Of a DNA stretch of 39,983 nucleotides, positions 39,862 through 39,983 are shown piece after piece. Within the stretch, counting starts at the first letter, position 1. Each line of letters begins with the position of its first letter. Source of the stretch: Campylobacterota bacterium (GTDB taxonomy: Bacteria; Campylobacterota; Campylobacteria; Campylobacterales; Sulfurimonadaceae); NCBI GenBank assembly GCA_034717975.1, contig JAYEMF010000039.1, forward strand, positions 12,757 through 52,739, in the 5' to 3' direction. The position numbers and the translations under genes are program-made. The notes beneath the pieces were generated by a model. The model saw only the letters and a list, made by a program, of their open reading frames with translations, searched no databases and was not told where the DNA came from.

Positions 39862-39983
39862 GGGCACCTCTAAAAACCCTGGATATCATCAGCGTTACAT
39901 ACATTTTCGTGATCAAGGCAGGTTCTTGTCAGCGTAGCAGGGCTACGGTGGCAAGGTTCTAACGCAGACTCACGGACATGTAT
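39862..39983. mobile_element. Second copy of the 267-bp MITE, cut by the window end
   Basis: 122 bp identical to 32559-32680. Confidence 0.92.

Overview
Mostly core chromosome of a Campylobacterota bacterium (Sulfurimonas-like; inferred from gene order and protein style). In order: metH 3' end, dapF/coaE/speE-like, two DUF2892 genes, purM, a GGDEF-EAL sensor, ccoG plus a resolvase-like gene, lapB-rnhA-rnc-aroC, hicAB, PAS-GGDEF, a response regulator/TonB receptor/kinase operon, PIN-PhoH, nifSU, fliI, folE, tig-clpP-degenerate GGDEF-def, comM, yeiH, a Na/Pi cotransporter, pilT/U-like and DUF748. The window begins and ends inside repeats, so it is probably a whole contig. The main signals are non-coding. 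(1) Two core genes (aroC, metH) have duplicated 3' ends that are identical at the 5' side and allele-like diverged at the tip. The aroC duplicates bracket hicAB and a foreign remnant of the neighbouring GGDEF gene, joined at a microhomology, with no integrase nearby. (2) Several covarying hairpin families and MITEs are present. (3) There are two sRNA candidates, one GGA-rich and one C/U-rich. (4) Two apparently catalytically dead proteins (a serine recombinase and a GGDEF) sit in core operons. All alignments and folds were done by eye.
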